Source: an uncultured Kiritimatiellota bacterium (GTDB lineage: Bacteria > Verrucomicrobiota > Kiritimatiellia > RFP12 > UBA1067). From it: DNA of 64,000 nt. Numbering within the stretch: position 1 is the first letter of the stretch; every line of letters starts with the position of its first letter. The DNA lies in assembly GCA_934621385.1 (NCBI GenBank), contig CAKTUI010000005.1, forward strand, positions 8,109 to 72,108, in the 5' to 3' direction. Shown here one piece after another: positions 1-10,512 of the stretch. The notes under the pieces are model-generated. The model made no database searches, was not told where the DNA came from, and saw only the letters and a program-made list of their open reading frames with translations. The position numbers were made by a program, and so were the translations under genes.

Positions 1-429
1 CAGAAAGACCGCCAAAAGAATGTAGGCGTTCAGCCGCGAGCACTGCCCGTCTCGTAGCAACCAAAGGGAAAGACACGAAATGGCTACAAGCGCAGGACAC
101 GCCACGAATACGGCCGATGGCTTGACGATAATTGGACGAATCAACGCAGCGACGCCAAGAATACCAGCAATATTGAATATACAACTACCGTAGGCATTGC
201 CCAATGAAAGATCCGAGTGATGCGATAGCCCTGCCATGGCGCTTACGCACAACTCCGGTGCGCTCGTCCCGAACCCGATAATCACCATCCCGATGATGAA
301 GGGCGAAATGCCAAGCGTCCGCGCCACCAGTGATGCCCCGTCAACAAAAATGTCACTTGACCAGGATAGTGCAACAAGCCCACCAACGACAAAGACAATC
401 GAGAGCCAAACTGGAATATCGGAATACAT
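1..429 (-). CDS. CaCA-family Na+/Ca2+ antiporter, N-terminal part (gene runs off the window start)
   Basis: Absent from the ORF track because it is open at position 1. My minus-strand translation from the ATG at 429-427 gives MYSDIPVWLSIVFVVGGLVALSWSSDIFVDGASLVARTLGISPFIIGMVIIGFGTSAPEL..., with the GTSAPEL alpha-repeat signature of YrbG/CaCA exchangers. A TATAAT box lies 6 nt upstream of the ATG. Confidence 0.7.
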   Translation of the reverse strand, partial: MYSDIPVWLSIVFVVGGLVALSWSSDIFVDGASLVARTLGISPFIIGMVIIGFGTSAPELCVSAMAGLSHHSDLSLGNAYGSCIFNIAGILGVAALIRPIIVKPSAVFVACPALVAISCLSLWLLRDGQCSRLNAYILLAVFL

Positions 430-550
430 ATCAGTATTATACCATACGAACGGACGCCTGTGTAGAATCCGTGGAAAATTGTAAAATCTAATGGGTCAGC
501 AAAAGCGGAAAGGAAGATGACTGGAAAGAAGGATGGGAGGAAGGTGCCAG

Positions 551-560
551 CCCCCCCCCC
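551..560. repeat. homopolymeric C10 tract (G10 on minus strand) in intergenic DNA
   Basis: Read directly: gtgccag-CCCCCCCCCC-atggggg. It lies about 120 nt upstream of the antiporter ATG. Confidence 0.9.
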
Positions 561-793
561 ATGGGGGTGGCCCGCGCCGCCAGAAAGGGAATGCCCACGG
601 CGTCCGGAAATCGTGTACAATGGAAGCGTCCAAAAAAACATACACACGAAAGGCGGATGCCGTGAGCACGAGAAAGTATACCATACACAAGGCCTCCGGG
701 TACAGGCTGACCGACCGGGAGCGTAGAATCCTGACGGCGGCGTGGAGCGGCTATGTCAGGCGGGGCCTGCGCATCTCCCTGCACCCGTTCGCG

Positions 794-833
794 CAAGTGC
801 ACGCTCTCGCGGCCAAGTGCACGCTCTCGCGGC
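794..833. repeat. perfect tandem duplication, 20-bp unit caagtgcacgctctcgcggc x2
   Basis: Read directly at 794-813 and 814-833. Confidence 0.9.
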
Positions 834-935
834 GGCATGAATCGACGCGGAAATGCCCAACACAAACGGGGATTTTGCCGATTATAGAAGGTGGAGAGGC
901 CCATCGCCACGGGCGGAGACAAGCAGGAGAACGGG

Positions 936-1018
936 AAAGCACCTTAGTCCTTTACACAAACCACTAAGGTGCTTTGGGTAAACCACCTTAGTCCTTTGAT
1001 CAAACCACCTTAGTGCTT
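936..1018. repeat. four copies of CACCTTAGT(C/G)CTTT: a 13-bp inverted pair (936-948 / 963-975) plus two direct copies (983-997, 1004-1018)
   Basis: Read directly: aaagcaccttagt ... actaaggtgcttt, then ccaccttagtccttt and ccaccttagtgcttt. Confidence 0.85.
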
Positions 1019-1026
1019 TCCCGACA

Positions 1027-1062
1027 GGTTGCGCATCCTCGACCCTTCGGGTTGCGCATCCC
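1027..1062. repeat. two copies of GGTTGCGCATCC at 23-bp period (same family as 13146-13224)
   Basis: ggttgcgcatcc at 1027-1038 and gggttgcgcatccc at 1049-1062. Confidence 0.85.
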
Positions 1063-1341
1063 AGACGCTTCCCTTGCCCACGCCAACCCGTTCCCTTCAG
1101 GAACGCCACGCTGGGGCTCCTGCGTTCCCCGTCGACGCGTGGATGATGATTCGCGAGGTCTTCCCGCGTCTAAGGACATTCAACAACAATATCGACATGG
1201 GCGCGTTCCACGGCCAGCGACGCATAGACAGGGTCCTCGGGGCGGAGACCTACCACACGCGGGCCTTCCCCTTAGATGACACCAAATGAATCCGCATGGG
1301 AAAACAAAGGGAAAGCCACTAAAAACCCGGATTAAAGGGAC

Positions 1342-2088
1342 TCAGCGATGCCGCGAATGCATCTTCCGCCGCCCTCGAACCAAGCGCCCCAGACGGCGCA
1401 GGTGCACGAGCTGGCGCTTACCCGCCAGCAGGGCAAAGACGAATACCAGCGCAATCGGGGCCAAGGCAAATGAGCGCGAACCCAATGTCTTCAGAAGAAC
1501 AGCCCCCACGACAGCCCCCAGAATGAACATCCCGATGACGGCGAAATAGTGCCGCGCCTTGCGAAGGCCCGTCGCGTCCGCACCGCGAAGACCGTTGAAA
1601 AGTGCATCCGAACCGCTCCGCAAGTTCCCCGTACACATGGTGGAGGCGAAAGGCAATCCCCTCACGCGGCGGAATGTCTGCACCTGAAGGGCGCACACGA
1701 AGGCAATCAACGCATCAACGATGAAATCCGCCACCCCGCAGGGCACAATCACGGCAATGGACAGAAAGGCAATCTCAACCGAAAGGACGGCCTGATGCCA
1801 ACTGAGCAGGCGATGATGCTCTACCTTCGCGTGAATCATGTCCGCCGCGAAGACACCGCATCCATAGGCAATGATGGCGAGAAGATACTTGCCGCACTCC
1901 ATCCAGTCTCCCTGCGAGACATTCAAGCCCAGAAGGACCATATTTCCCGTGACCGCATTCGCGAAGACATGTCCGCGGCAGAGGTAGGAGTAGACATCCG
2001 TGAACCCACCAACGAGACTCAAGACGCAGGCGGCCGTCAGCCGCTCCTCATTCAGATAGGTATTCTCTTTCACCATTGCTATCCTCAA
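1342..2088 (-). CDS. YoaK/DUF1275-family membrane protein
   Basis: 248-aa polytopic protein with LVGGFTDVYSYLCRGHVFANAVTGNMVLLG, which matches my recollection of the DUF1275 N-terminal signature. Confidence 0.6.
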   Translation of the reverse strand: MRIAMVKENTYLNEERLTAACVLSLVGGFTDVYSYLCRGHVFANAVTGNMVLLGLNVSQGDWMECGKYLLAIIAYGCGVFAADMIHAKVEHHRLLSWHQAVLSVEIAFLSIAVIVPCGVADFIVDALIAFVCALQVQTFRRVRGLPFASTMCTGNLRSGSDALFNGLRGADATGLRKARHYFAVIGMFILGAVVGAVLLKTLGSRSFALAPIALVFVFALLAGKRQLVHLRRLGRLVRGRRKMHSRHR

Positions 2089-2094
2089 ACAAAT

Positions 2095-2125
2095 CTCGTG
2101 GGGCGATTGACTCCCCCCACGAGAC
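2095..2125 (-). terminator. intrinsic terminator downstream of clpX
   Basis: Minus strand reads TCTCGTGGGG-11 nt loop-CCCCACGAGA followed by ATTTGTTTG. Confidence 0.5.
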
Positions 2126-2160
2126 AGGCAAACAATCGTTGTCCGTTGCCGGAAGGAAGA

Positions 2161-3378
2161 CTACCTTGACTTGACCATTTCGGCCGTGATAACGACCTTC
2201 TTCATCTTGTCGTTGCCCGGAGCCTCGTACATGATGTCGGTCATCAACCGCTCCATCTCTGCCCGCAACCCGCGTGCACCCGTCTTTCGGGCAAGCGCCA
2301 TCTTCGCAAGTTCGCGAAGGGCCGCCGGCTCGAACTCAAGGTCAACGCCATCCATCGCCAGCAGTTTCCGATACTGCTTGACAAGCGAGTTCTTCGGCTC
2401 CGTCAGCACGCGAACCAAGTCGTCCTCGGACAGTTCCTTCATTGTCGTAATGACGGGCAGTCGCCCCGTGAATTCGGGAATCATCCCGAACTTCACCAAA
2501 TCCTCTGGGCGAACATCAAGCGGTGCACCTGCGCCCTCTCGCGCTGTTTCCGCGTGAGAGGAATCCGCGCCCTCGACGAAGCCAATCTGACGCTTTCCCG
2601 TCCGTTCACCAACGATCCGATCAAGCCCCACGAAGGCACCGCCACAGATGAAGAGGATATTGGACGTGTCGACCTCAATGTACTCCTGATCAGGATGCTT
2701 GCGACCACCCTTTGGCGGAATGCGGCAGACCGTGCCCTCAAGAATTTTCAGCAGGGCCTGCTGAACGCCCTCACCGCTCACGTCACGCGTAATCGACACA
2801 TTGTCCGTCTTTGAGGCAATCTTGTCAATCTCATCCACATAGATGATGCCGCGCTTGGCAAGTTCGACATTTCCATCCGCATTCTGCAGAAGATAGCGCA
2901 CAAGGTTCTCGACATCCTCGCCCACGTAACCAGCCTGCGTGAGAACGGTCGCATCGCCAATGGCGAACGGAACGCCCAGAATCTTCGCAAGCGTCCGCGC
3001 CAGCAGCGTCTTACCTGTTCCCGTCGGACCAATAAGGAGGATGTTGGACTTCTCAATCTCGACACCATCGTCATCCTTGCCGCCATTCGCGGCGGCCTCA
3101 AGCCGACGATAGTGGTTATGCACGGCCACCGCGAGAATCTTCTTCGTCTCGTCATGGCCGATGACAAACTGATCAAGGAACTCCTTGATCGCCCGTGGCG
3201 TCGGTGTCGGCGGCAAAGGCGGGGCCTTCGTCGCCTTCTTCTCTGCACGAGAGATCAAGTCATTCGCGTGCTTCACGCAATCGGCACAAATATTGGCATC
3301 CGGTCCCGGAATAATCGGGACTTCTTTTGAACTGCGCCCGCAGAATGAGCAGAAGAGTTCCTCGGACTGTTTCTTCAT
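2161..3378 (-). CDS. clpX: ATP-dependent Clp protease ATP-binding subunit ClpX
   Basis: N-terminal zinc ribbon CSFCG...CADC, Walker A GPTGTGKT and YVDEIDKI. It lies directly downstream of clpP. Confidence 0.97.
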   Translation of the reverse strand: MKKQSEELFCSFCGRSSKEVPIIPGPDANICADCVKHANDLISRAEKKATKAPPLPPTPTPRAIKEFLDQFVIGHDETKKILAVAVHNHYRRLEAAANGGKDDDGVEIEKSNILLIGPTGTGKTLLARTLAKILGVPFAIGDATVLTQAGYVGEDVENLVRYLLQNADGNVELAKRGIIYVDEIDKIASKTDNVSITRDVSGEGVQQALLKILEGTVCRIPPKGGRKHPDQEYIEVDTSNILFICGGAFVGLDRIVGERTGKRQIGFVEGADSSHAETAREGAGAPLDVRPEDLVKFGMIPEFTGRLPVITTMKELSEDDLVRVLTEPKNSLVKQYRKLLAMDGVDLEFEPAALRELAKMALARKTGARGLRAEMERLMTDIMYEAPGNDKMKKVVITAEMVKSR

Positions 3379-3963
3379 TTACGCGATAACCTTATCGATA
3401 AGCCCCCAGTCCTTAGCCTCCTCGGCGGACATGAAATGGTCACGGTCGGTATCCTTCACCACATCCTCCAGCCTCTTTCCGGAGTGCTTCGCGAGAATGC
3501 TATTCAGGATTTCCTTCAGGCGGAGAATCTCACGAGCGGTGATTTCGATGTCGCTCGCCTTCCCCTCGGCACCACCCCACGGCTGATGGATCATGATGCG
3601 CGAATTGGGCAGGGCGTGGCGACGGCCCTTCGTCCCGGCCGTCAGCAGCACGGCCCCCATGGAAGCCGCCTGGCCAATGCAATAAGTTGCCACGGGGCAC
3701 TTGACGAACTGCATCGTATCATAAATGGCGAGCCCCGCCGTGACGCTCCCTCCAGGCGAGTTGACGTACACGCTGATTTCCTTCTTCGGATCCTGCGCCT
3801 GAAGAAAGAGCAACTGCGCACAGATGGCATTGGCCATCTCGTCATTCACCTCGCCGGAGATGAAGACGATGCGGTCGAGGAGAAGGCGCGAGTAGATGTC
3901 GTACGTCCGCTCGCCCTTCCCCGTCTGTTCAACAACATAGGGAATCATGTAGCTCTTGGCCAT
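3379..3963 (-). CDS. clpP: ATP-dependent Clp protease proteolytic subunit ClpP
   Basis: 194 aa with [15 protein letters not shown] (active-site Ser) and MIHQP. It sits in the tig-clpP-clpX order. Confidence 0.97.
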   Translation of the reverse strand: MAKSYMIPYVVEQTGKGERTYDIYSRLLLDRIVFISGEVNDEMANAICAQLLFLQAQDPKKEISVYVNSPGGSVTAGLAIYDTMQFVKCPVATYCIGQAASMGAVLLTAGTKGRRHALPNSRIMIHQPWGGAEGKASDIEITAREILRLKEILNSILAKHSGKRLEDVVKDTDRDHFMSAEEAKDWGLIDKVIA

Positions 3964-3968
3964 ATCGC

Positions 3969-5153
3969 TTACTTCTTCGCGTTGGCGACCACGAACTCGA
4001 TGACCTTGCGGCCGAGTTCCTCGGGCTTCGCCTCAATCTTCTCCTCCTTGGCAATGCCATCAAGCACATACCAAAGGCGGACCTGGCGCGTCGCCGTCTC
4101 TTCCGCATCCTTCAGGATCTTGTCGCGATTCTTCTCGAAATAGTCGGCGGTCAGGCCGGCATACTGAGCACGCTGAGCGAGATCGTTCAGGTAGTTGTCA
4201 GTCGCACGGCGAACCTGGCTTCCCGGGACATCGAAGTCCACCTTCTTCATCAGGAGTTCCACGGCCTCATTCTCACGGCGAGCCGTCTCCTGCTCAATCG
4301 CCTGCTTCTCCAGATGCTGGCGGATGTCCGCCGTGAACTTCTCCATCGACTCCGCCTTCGCCTTCTCGATGAACTCCGCATCCGTCGGCAGAATGCGACG
4401 GCGGAAGCCCTTCACCGTCAGCGTATAGAGGGCCTTCTTGCCCTTCAGCTGTTCCGGCGCGGCTTCCTTGTCAAAGGCGACCTTGATGTCGGCCTTCGTC
4501 TCACCTGCCCTCATGCCCTTGAGAGCCTCAAGGACTTCAGGGATGAAGCGACCCTCCTCGACCTGGGTCCAGAAGCCAGTCCCAGTCGCAAGCACCTTCG
4601 CCTCAGGGGCAATCTCGGCAATGGCCTTGCCGTCGACCGTGCCCGTATAGTCAATCTGCACAAAGTCTCCGTCGGCAATGGCTTCGCCCTCCTTGGCATC
4701 CTCAAACTTCGCATAAGCGGTGCGCAGGTTCTCGACCTGCTTGGCGACCGTCGCATCGTCCACCGTCGTATCCTTCTCAGAAATCTTCAGCCCCTTATAG
4801 GTCGGCAGCTTGAACTTCGGGGGAATCTCGACGACAACCGTGAAATTGCCACCCTCGTTATCGCACTTCAGCTCAGGCAGTTCGGCAATGGCGACCTCGT
4901 CAATCTTCTCGGCCTTCACCGCCTCTTCATAGTATTTACGGAATGCCGTCCGCTCGATCTCAGTCTTCATCTGATCGGCGAACTCCTTGCGAACGAGTTC
5001 AATGGGGGCCTTGCCCGGACGGAAGCCCGGAAGACGCGCCTCGCGGAGGAAACCCTTCTCAACTTCCTTCACACAGGCCTTCGCCTCATCGGCATCGAGC
5101 GTCACAGTCAGCTGTACGCGGCACTTGTCCAAATTCTTCGTTTCGGTCTTCAT
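3969..5153 (-). CDS. tig: trigger factor
   Basis: 394-aa acidic protein with an FKBP-type middle segment ([15 protein letters not shown]) in the canonical position upstream of clpP. Confidence 0.9.
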   Translation of the reverse strand: MKTETKNLDKCRVQLTVTLDADEAKACVKEVEKGFLREARLPGFRPGKAPIELVRKEFADQMKTEIERTAFRKYYEEAVKAEKIDEVAIAELPELKCDNEGGNFTVVVEIPPKFKLPTYKGLKISEKDTTVDDATVAKQVENLRTAYAKFEDAKEGEAIADGDFVQIDYTGTVDGKAIAEIAPEAKVLATGTGFWTQVEEGRFIPEVLEALKGMRAGETKADIKVAFDKEAAPEQLKGKKALYTLTVKGFRRRILPTDAEFIEKAKAESMEKFTADIRQHLEKQAIEQETARRENEAVELLMKKVDFDVPGSQVRRATDNYLNDLAQRAQYAGLTADYFEKNRDKILKDAEETATRQVRLWYVLDGIAKEEKIEAKPEELGRKVIEFVVANAKK

Positions 5154-5361
5154 AGTTCTTCTATTCTCCTGTTAAAATGTCAGTAGCGGCATATTTTACC
5201 ATATTTTCGCATTCTGCGCTGACGCGATTTTGTCCGAGGTTAAAACCGCGCACAGGCGGTAGCTTCCGTCCAAGCCCCTGAAGCGCGGCAACCTGACGCA
5301 GAGCGTCTTCTAAAATAACCAATAAACAAATGAAACTGAACAAATATGGTATACTACCTCC

Positions 5362-7587
5362 ATGAAATCGATTGTCCTTTTTCCGGTTCTTGTCCTTGCG
5401 TCCTGCGGAACGCTCTCCGCGCAGACCGCGGCATTCCACGTCAACGCCGCCGCGCAACCCAATGGCGATGGCTCCTCGGGCCGACCGTGGCGCACACCAA
5501 TCGAAGCCGTGCGCGGCATCCGTGCAGCCCGGGCCACAGGCAACATCCAGTCCAACGCCGCCGTTGTCGTCGAGTTTGCGCCGGGGGACTATCCCGTCGA
5601 TGGTGGCATTCTTCTCGGGCAGGAGGATTCCGGATGCGACGGCCAGCCCATCGTCTGGCGTTCCTCCGGGGCGACCCCAGCGCGGTTCGTCGGTGCTCGG
5701 CGCATTCCAACCAACCTCTTTCACCCGGCGGACGATCCCGACATTGTTGCCCGTCTCCCGGCTGAAGCTCGCGGCAAGATCTATGTCGCCGATCTCTCGA
5801 CCCTGTTACCCAACCCCCTGCCACCCATGGCGACCACCTTTAACGCCACGCCCACCGCCCCCATTCTCTTCGTCGCGCACAGGCCCGGAACACTCGCCCG
5901 CTGGCCCAATGACGCATTCGCAACCTTCTCACAGGCCGTGGACAAGGGTGGTCACCCATTGACTCTCCCATCCGGGAAGGTCATTCGTGCACCGGGAGCC
6001 TTCGTCTTCTCAAATCCACGCGTCCGACGCTGGGACTTCTCGTCTGGCGTTTGGTTGAATGGCTACTGGACGCACGACTGGGACAACCAGTCCGTCCGAG
6101 CCGCACGGTATGGAACGGAAAACGGCACGAACGATGTTATTCGGCTGGCCGAGGACGTCCCCTGGGGCGTTATGGGCGGCACCTGGGGACGCAAGGAACG
6201 TCGATTCTATGCCTTCAACCTTCTTGAGGAATTAGACGCGCCTGGCGAGTGGTGGCTTGACCGCCCCCGGAACCTCCTCTATGTTTACCCGCCGACGGGA
6301 AACGCCCCGACTGAGACGGACGAGATGATGCTCGCCTTTGACGCAGTGCCCCTCCTTAAAGCACATAACATCCACCACCTGAGGCTTGAGAATCTCTCAT
6401 TTGAATACAACTATGGGGACGGCCTTTCTCTCAGCGGCACCCACATCACACTCGTGAACTGCCGCGTCGCCAATGTCGGCGGAACGGGCATTACGCTCAA
6501 CGGCGACTTCAACACCCTGAACAAGCTTGAAATCTGCAACACGGGAAACGCCGGCATCCGCGTCTCCGGCGGTGACCGGCGTACGCTCAGGCATTCCAAA
6601 ACGCTTATCGAAGATTGCCACATCCACGACTGGGCGCACTTCAAGCGCACATACGCCCCTGGCCTCGGCATCTCCGGCTGTGGCATGACAATCCGCCGCA
6701 ACCTTCTGCACGACGCACCCCATTCGGCCGTCCTCTTCGAGGGCAACGACCTCCTGCTCGAATCAAACGAAGTCTACCGCGTTCTTTTGGAGACGGGAGA
6801 TGCCGGGGCCTACTACACGGGACGCGACTGGACGACGCAAGGGAACGTCTTGCGCTACAACTACACGCACGACCTTGGCACGGAAGTCGACTCTGCCGAC
6901 ACGATGGGCTTCTATTTCGACGACTGCGACTGCGGGGACGAGGTGTACGGCAATGTCTTCCACAACATCGCGCGCGGCATTATGATTGGCGGCGGACGCG
7001 ACCACCCCGTGCGGAACAACATCTTCTCCCATTGCACGATTGGACTTTCAATCGATGGACGCGGCATGACCTGGAAGCACTGGAATTCGCTTGAGTACGG
7101 CGGTCCCTCCTGGATGCTGGAAGACAAGGCCAAGGCCTTCGACTACACGAGAGGCATCTGGGCCGACCACTATCCAAGGCTCGCTCAAATCATGCAGAAC
7201 CATCCACGCGAACCGCTCGACAACCCCATCGAAAACAACATCTTCATCGACTGTCGCCGCGAACTGATTGCCATTGACGATGCCGTCGGCAGATGTCTCG
7301 CCCGTATGGCCCCCATCACAAACAATCTCGTCATCAACACATGCGGCACAGAGAATCAAACCACGGCAAAACCCGATCCACGCCTCATCTCAGCATTCCG
7401 AATCGTCAACGGAACACCCCAAAAGCCGTTTGATGTCGGATTTGTGGACACGGATCGCGGCGATTTTACACTCCGCCCAGAAGCGTGGCTTCGAACGGCC
7501 ATGCCGTCCCTCGTCCCACAGGTGCCCAATGGCCGCCGCTCACGAACCGAGGATGCCGAGGCGAAAGCCCCAGCATCCTCCCGTTGA
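5362..7587 (+). CDS. secreted (possibly lipoprotein) right-handed parallel beta-helix repeat protein
   Basis: Signal peptide MKSIVLFPVLVLASCG. Repeated NxGGxGI-type coils (NCRVANVGGTGITLNG, ICNTGNAGIRVSGGD). TATACT box 6 nt upstream of the ATG. Confidence 0.6.
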   Translation: MKSIVLFPVLVLASCGTLSAQTAAFHVNAAAQPNGDGSSGRPWRTPIEAVRGIRAARATGNIQSNAAVVVEFAPGDYPVDGGILLGQEDSGCDGQPIVWRSSGATPARFVGARRIPTNLFHPADDPDIVARLPAEARGKIYVADLSTLLPNPLPPMATTFNATPTAPILFVAHRPGTLARWPNDAFATFSQAVDKGGHPLTLPSGKVIRAPGAFVFSNPRVRRWDFSSGVWLNGYWTHDWDNQSVRAARYGTENGTNDVIRLAEDVPWGVMGGTWGRKERRFYAFNLLEELDAPGEWWLDRPRNLLYVYPPTGNAPTETDEMMLAFDAVPLLKAHNIHHLRLENLSFEYNYGDGLSLSGTHITLVNCRVANVGGTGITLNGDFNTLNKLEICNTGNAGIRVSGGDRRTLRHSKTLIEDCHIHDWAHFKRTYAPGLGISGCGMTIRRNLLHDAPHSAVLFEGNDLLLESNEVYRVLLETGDAGAYYTGRDWTTQGNVLRYNYTHDLGTEVDSADTMGFYFDDCDCGDEVYGNVFHNIARGIMIGGGRDHPVRNNIFSHCTIGLSIDGRGMTWKHWNSLEYGGPSWMLEDKAKAFDYTRGIWADHYPRLAQIMQNHPREPLDNPIENNIFIDCRRELIAIDDAVGRCLARMAPITNNLVINTCGTENQTTAKPDPRLISAFRIVNGTPQKPFDVGFVDTDRGDFTLRPEAWLRTAMPSLVPQVPNGRRSRTEDAEAKAPASSR

Positions 7588-7600
7588 GGAAAAGTTCGTC

Positions 7601-8233
7601 TTAGCCGTGGACAAGGGCCGCCGCTTCGGCCGCCAGCTTCCCAATGGTCGCGTAGTCGCCGGCCGCAAGGGCATCCTTCGGAACGATCCACGTACCGCCG
7701 CACGCCACGACCTCCGGCACAGCCAGATAGTCCGCGACATTTGAAAGGTTCACGCCGCCCGTCGGCATGAACTTCACGCCAGTGAAACGGAAAGCTCCGA
7801 GGAGATTCTTGATCATCTTCACGCCACCCGCCGCCTCGGCCGGGAAGAACTTGACCATCGGAACACCCGCCGTCAGGGCCTGCGAAAGTTCACTCGCCGT
7901 GGCAATGCCCGGGCAGAACGGAAAGAGCATCGCCTTCGCCTCCTCGACGATCACGGGGTCGAATCCGGGGGCCACGCCAAAAACGGCTCCGGCCTTTTTC
8001 GCCGCGTGAAGCTGGTCAATCGTCAGCAGCGTACCGGCTCCGACAATGGCCTCGGGAACTTCCCGCCGAATGGCCGCAATCGCCCCAGGCGCCGCCGCCG
8101 TGCGGAAGGTCACCTCAAGGACCTTCAGTCCACCGCCGACAAGCGCCCGCGCCAGCGGAACCGCCTGCTCTTCCTTCTCAATGACAATGACCGGGATGAT
8201 TCCGGCCGACTTCAGCGTCTCAACGATATTCAT
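7601..8233 (-). CDS. eda: KDPG / 4-hydroxy-2-oxoglutarate aldolase
   Basis: 210 aa with GIIPVIVIE, LEVTFRT and VKFFPA, as expected for the Eda family. Confidence 0.85.
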   Translation of the reverse strand: MNIVETLKSAGIIPVIVIEKEEQAVPLARALVGGGLKVLEVTFRTAAAPGAIAAIRREVPEAIVGAGTLLTIDQLHAAKKAGAVFGVAPGFDPVIVEEAKAMLFPFCPGIATASELSQALTAGVPMVKFFPAEAAGGVKMIKNLLGAFRFTGVKFMPTGGVNLSNVADYLAVPEVVACGGTWIVPKDALAAGDYATIGKLAAEAAALVHG

Positions 8234-8238
8234 TCTGA

Positions 8239-8976
8239 TTAATCCCTTCCATACGGCGGAGGTGATACCCGCGCATCAAAGTCAGCCTGCGACCACTTGC
8301 GAAAGTCCTCCTCAACCCGCGCCAGCTGATATTCACGATAACCTTCCCGCCAAATCATTACGGCAATCAAGATGGAGATGAATCCAAAACTTCCGTTGAA
8401 CATCGCCCAAACACCGTACAAGCCAAGCAAAATGGCAAAGCCCCGCCCGACCCACATCGCAACCAGCGTGGCCCGCGCCCGCGTCAAGAAAAGACGCATC
8501 ACACTTCGGAAAATCCGCCCGCCGTCCATCGGAAAGCCCGGCAGGAGATTGAAGCCGCCCAACATCAGGTTCGCCCAGTACGCGTACGAAAGCACGATCC
8601 ACAGCCACCGGTTCTCAATCGGGACCTCCAAAATGTCAAGCAGAAAGACACTGCCTGCCAACAAAAAACTGACAAGCGGCCCCGCGAGAGCCGTCAGGAA
8701 CTCCTGATAGGTCTTGCGCGGAAGCGAGATGAACGAGGCGCAACCGCCGAGGAGCGAAAGCGTAATGTCCTGCGCCTGGTAGCCGAAGACCCGTGCCGTC
8801 AACGCATGGCCGAGTTCGTGGAGCGTCACCGAAATCGCAAGAACAAGTGCCATGGCAAGGCCCAGGGTGAACGATCGCCCATCCACCACAAAAAGCAGTA
8901 GGAGTATCAGGAAGGAGAAATCCACATAGACCGGGATTCCGAAAAGGTCGCACAACTTGTATTTCGACTTGAACAT
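8239..8976 (-). CDS. site-2 protease (peptidase M50) family membrane protein
   Basis: HELGH zinc motif and multiple TM segments. I placed the start at ATG 8976 (MFKSKYKL...) rather than the ORF-track start at 9018. Confidence 0.8.
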   Translation of the reverse strand: MFKSKYKLCDLFGIPVYVDFSFLILLLLFVVDGRSFTLGLAMALVLAISVTLHELGHALTARVFGYQAQDITLSLLGGCASFISLPRKTYQEFLTALAGPLVSFLLAGSVFLLDILEVPIENRWLWIVLSYAYWANLMLGGFNLLPGFPMDGGRIFRSVMRLFLTRARATLVAMWVGRGFAILLGLYGVWAMFNGSFGFISILIAVMIWREGYREYQLARVEEDFRKWSQADFDARVSPPPYGRD

Positions 8977-9048
8977 ACCCCTATTATACCAAATCCCTGG
9001 CACAGGGAACGGGCGCACCCCATGCGACCGTCGAATCAGCTCCCGAGA

Positions 9049-9597
9049 CTACTTCATCAGTTTGAAGCAGGCCCAGGCTGCCAAAGTCTTACCATCGATG
9101 ATTTCACCCTTTCGGATGCCGTCCTCAATTTCGTCTCCAGTCAAGACAACTGGAAAGACATTCTCGTCGGGATCCTGGTCCTGAGCATGCGGATTCGCCG
9201 CGAGTTCCGCATAGTAGAGGTGGATTCTTTCCTCACAATAGCCGGGCGTGCAAATCATCGTCGTCAGGTAGCGAAGGCTCGCCACATCGTAGCCGGTCTC
9301 CTCGGCAGTCTCCCGCCGCGCACCCAACTCGGGGTCTTCGCCCGGTTCAAGACCTCCTGCAATAACCTCAAGGAGGGCTTCCTCGGCCGCCTTGCGATAC
9401 TGGCGAACTATCACGAACTTGCCATCCGGTCGCCGCGCCAAAATCGCCACCGCACATCCATGTCGCACGACCTCGCGCTTCGCCCGACGGCCATCGGGCA
9501 ACTCAATGTCGAGCAAGTCAACGCTGATAATCCGCCCCGTGTACTTCCGTTCACAGGAAATCGTCCGCTCCGTTAGGTCGCTTGCCATTTTGGGCAT
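9049..9597 (-). CDS. Nudix hydrolase (ADP-ribose pyrophosphatase-like)
   Basis: Nudix box GGLEPGEDPELGARRETAEETG. Confidence 0.8.
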   Translation of the reverse strand: MPKMASDLTERTISCERKYTGRIISVDLLDIELPDGRRAKREVVRHGCAVAILARRPDGKFVIVRQYRKAAEEALLEVIAGGLEPGEDPELGARRETAEETGYDVASLRYLTTMICTPGYCEERIHLYYAELAANPHAQDQDPDENVFPVVLTGDEIEDGIRKGEIIDGKTLAAWACFKLMK

Positions 9598-10507
9598 CCC
9601 CTTTCGTCATTATCTTTTGCCCATGCGTACGCGAGGGCAATTGGATGAAGACAACCGCAGCAAAAACCACGGCGCACCCGGTGAATTGTCCCCACGAGAG
9701 CCGGTCGCCGAGCACCACATACCCCGACAAGGCACCGAACACCGACTCAAGCGACAGGAGAATCGCCGCCATTGACGGTGGCGTGCGCGCCTGCCCGAAG
9801 TTCTGCAGCGTGTAGGCAATGCCACTGGAAAAAACGCCGCAGTAGACGAGCGGAAACCAGGCGGCACAGAGTCCCCCTGCAGCAATCTTCCCCGCCTCGG
9901 ATGCCAGCAGGAGAAACGGCGAACCGAGCACCGAGCACGTCAGCAACTGAACCGCGCTCATTACCAGCAAGTCCGCCGTCGGGGCGAAATGCCCGACGAC
10001 CATCATCTGAACGGCAAAGAGGAACGCGCAGAGAACGGACCAGAGTTCCCCTTTCCCGACACCCGCGAAGCCCGACCCGGCCGAAGCTCCCGTCATGCAG
10101 ATGAGATAGGTTCCGACCAATGCCATCAGTGCGCCAAGGCAAATCTTGCATGACGGGAACCGCCGCGTCACCACCGCCGCGAGAACCGGCACAAACAGCA
10201 CATAATTCGTCGTCAGGAACGCGCAAATCCCGGGCGAGGTCGTCTCAATGCCAATCTGCTGGGTCGTCATGGCGGCAAAAAGTGGAACGCCACAGCAGAA
10301 GCCCGCCACAATCGACCGCCCAACCGAGACCGTCTTTCGTCCGACACAGACTCGCCGCACCAAGATGCACAAAAGGAGGAATCCGCCGCCAAGAACATTC
10401 CGAAAGACGGTCATGGCGAACGGGCCCAATTCAGCCGCGCCATATTTCTGAGCGAGAAAGGCCGTCCCCCAGATAAAGGTGGTCAGGAAAAGGAAAAAAG
10501 GACCCAT
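9551..10507 (-). CDS. DMT/EamA-family transporter
   Basis: Ten hydrophobic segments with two EamA-like halves. Start set to ATG 10507 (MGPFFLFL...), which avoids overlap with the upstream permease. Confidence 0.8.
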   Translation of the reverse strand: MGPFFLFLTTFIWGTAFLAQKYGAAELGPFAMTVFRNVLGGGFLLLCILVRRVCVGRKTVSVGRSIVAGFCCGVPLFAAMTTQQIGIETTSPGICAFLTTNYVLFVPVLAAVVTRRFPSCKICLGALMALVGTYLICMTGASAGSGFAGVGKGELWSVLCAFLFAVQMMVVGHFAPTADLLVMSAVQLLTCSVLGSPFLLLASEAGKIAAGGLCAAWFPLVYCGVFSSGIAYTLQNFGQARTPPSMAAILLSLESVFGALSGYVVLGDRLSWGQFTGCAVVFAAVVFIQLPSRTHGQKIMTKGDAQNGKRPNGADDFL

Positions 10508-10512
10508 TTCTT

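Noticed and set aside
794-1062. Short periodic repeats (also 13053-13224) as a CRISPR array.
   Set aside because: Only 2-4 units are present, the period is 20-23 bp with no repeat-spacer alternation of CRISPR dimensions, there are no cas genes, and several different unit types are intermixed.
533-1289. ORFs 533-967 (144 aa) and 1029-1289 (86 aa) as genes.
   Set aside because: They are Arg/His/Thr-rich with no motif, their reading frames run through the tandem repeats, and they have no RBS. The tail ...MMIREVFPRLRTFNNNIDMGAFHGQRRIDRV might be a gene fragment, but I cannot support it.
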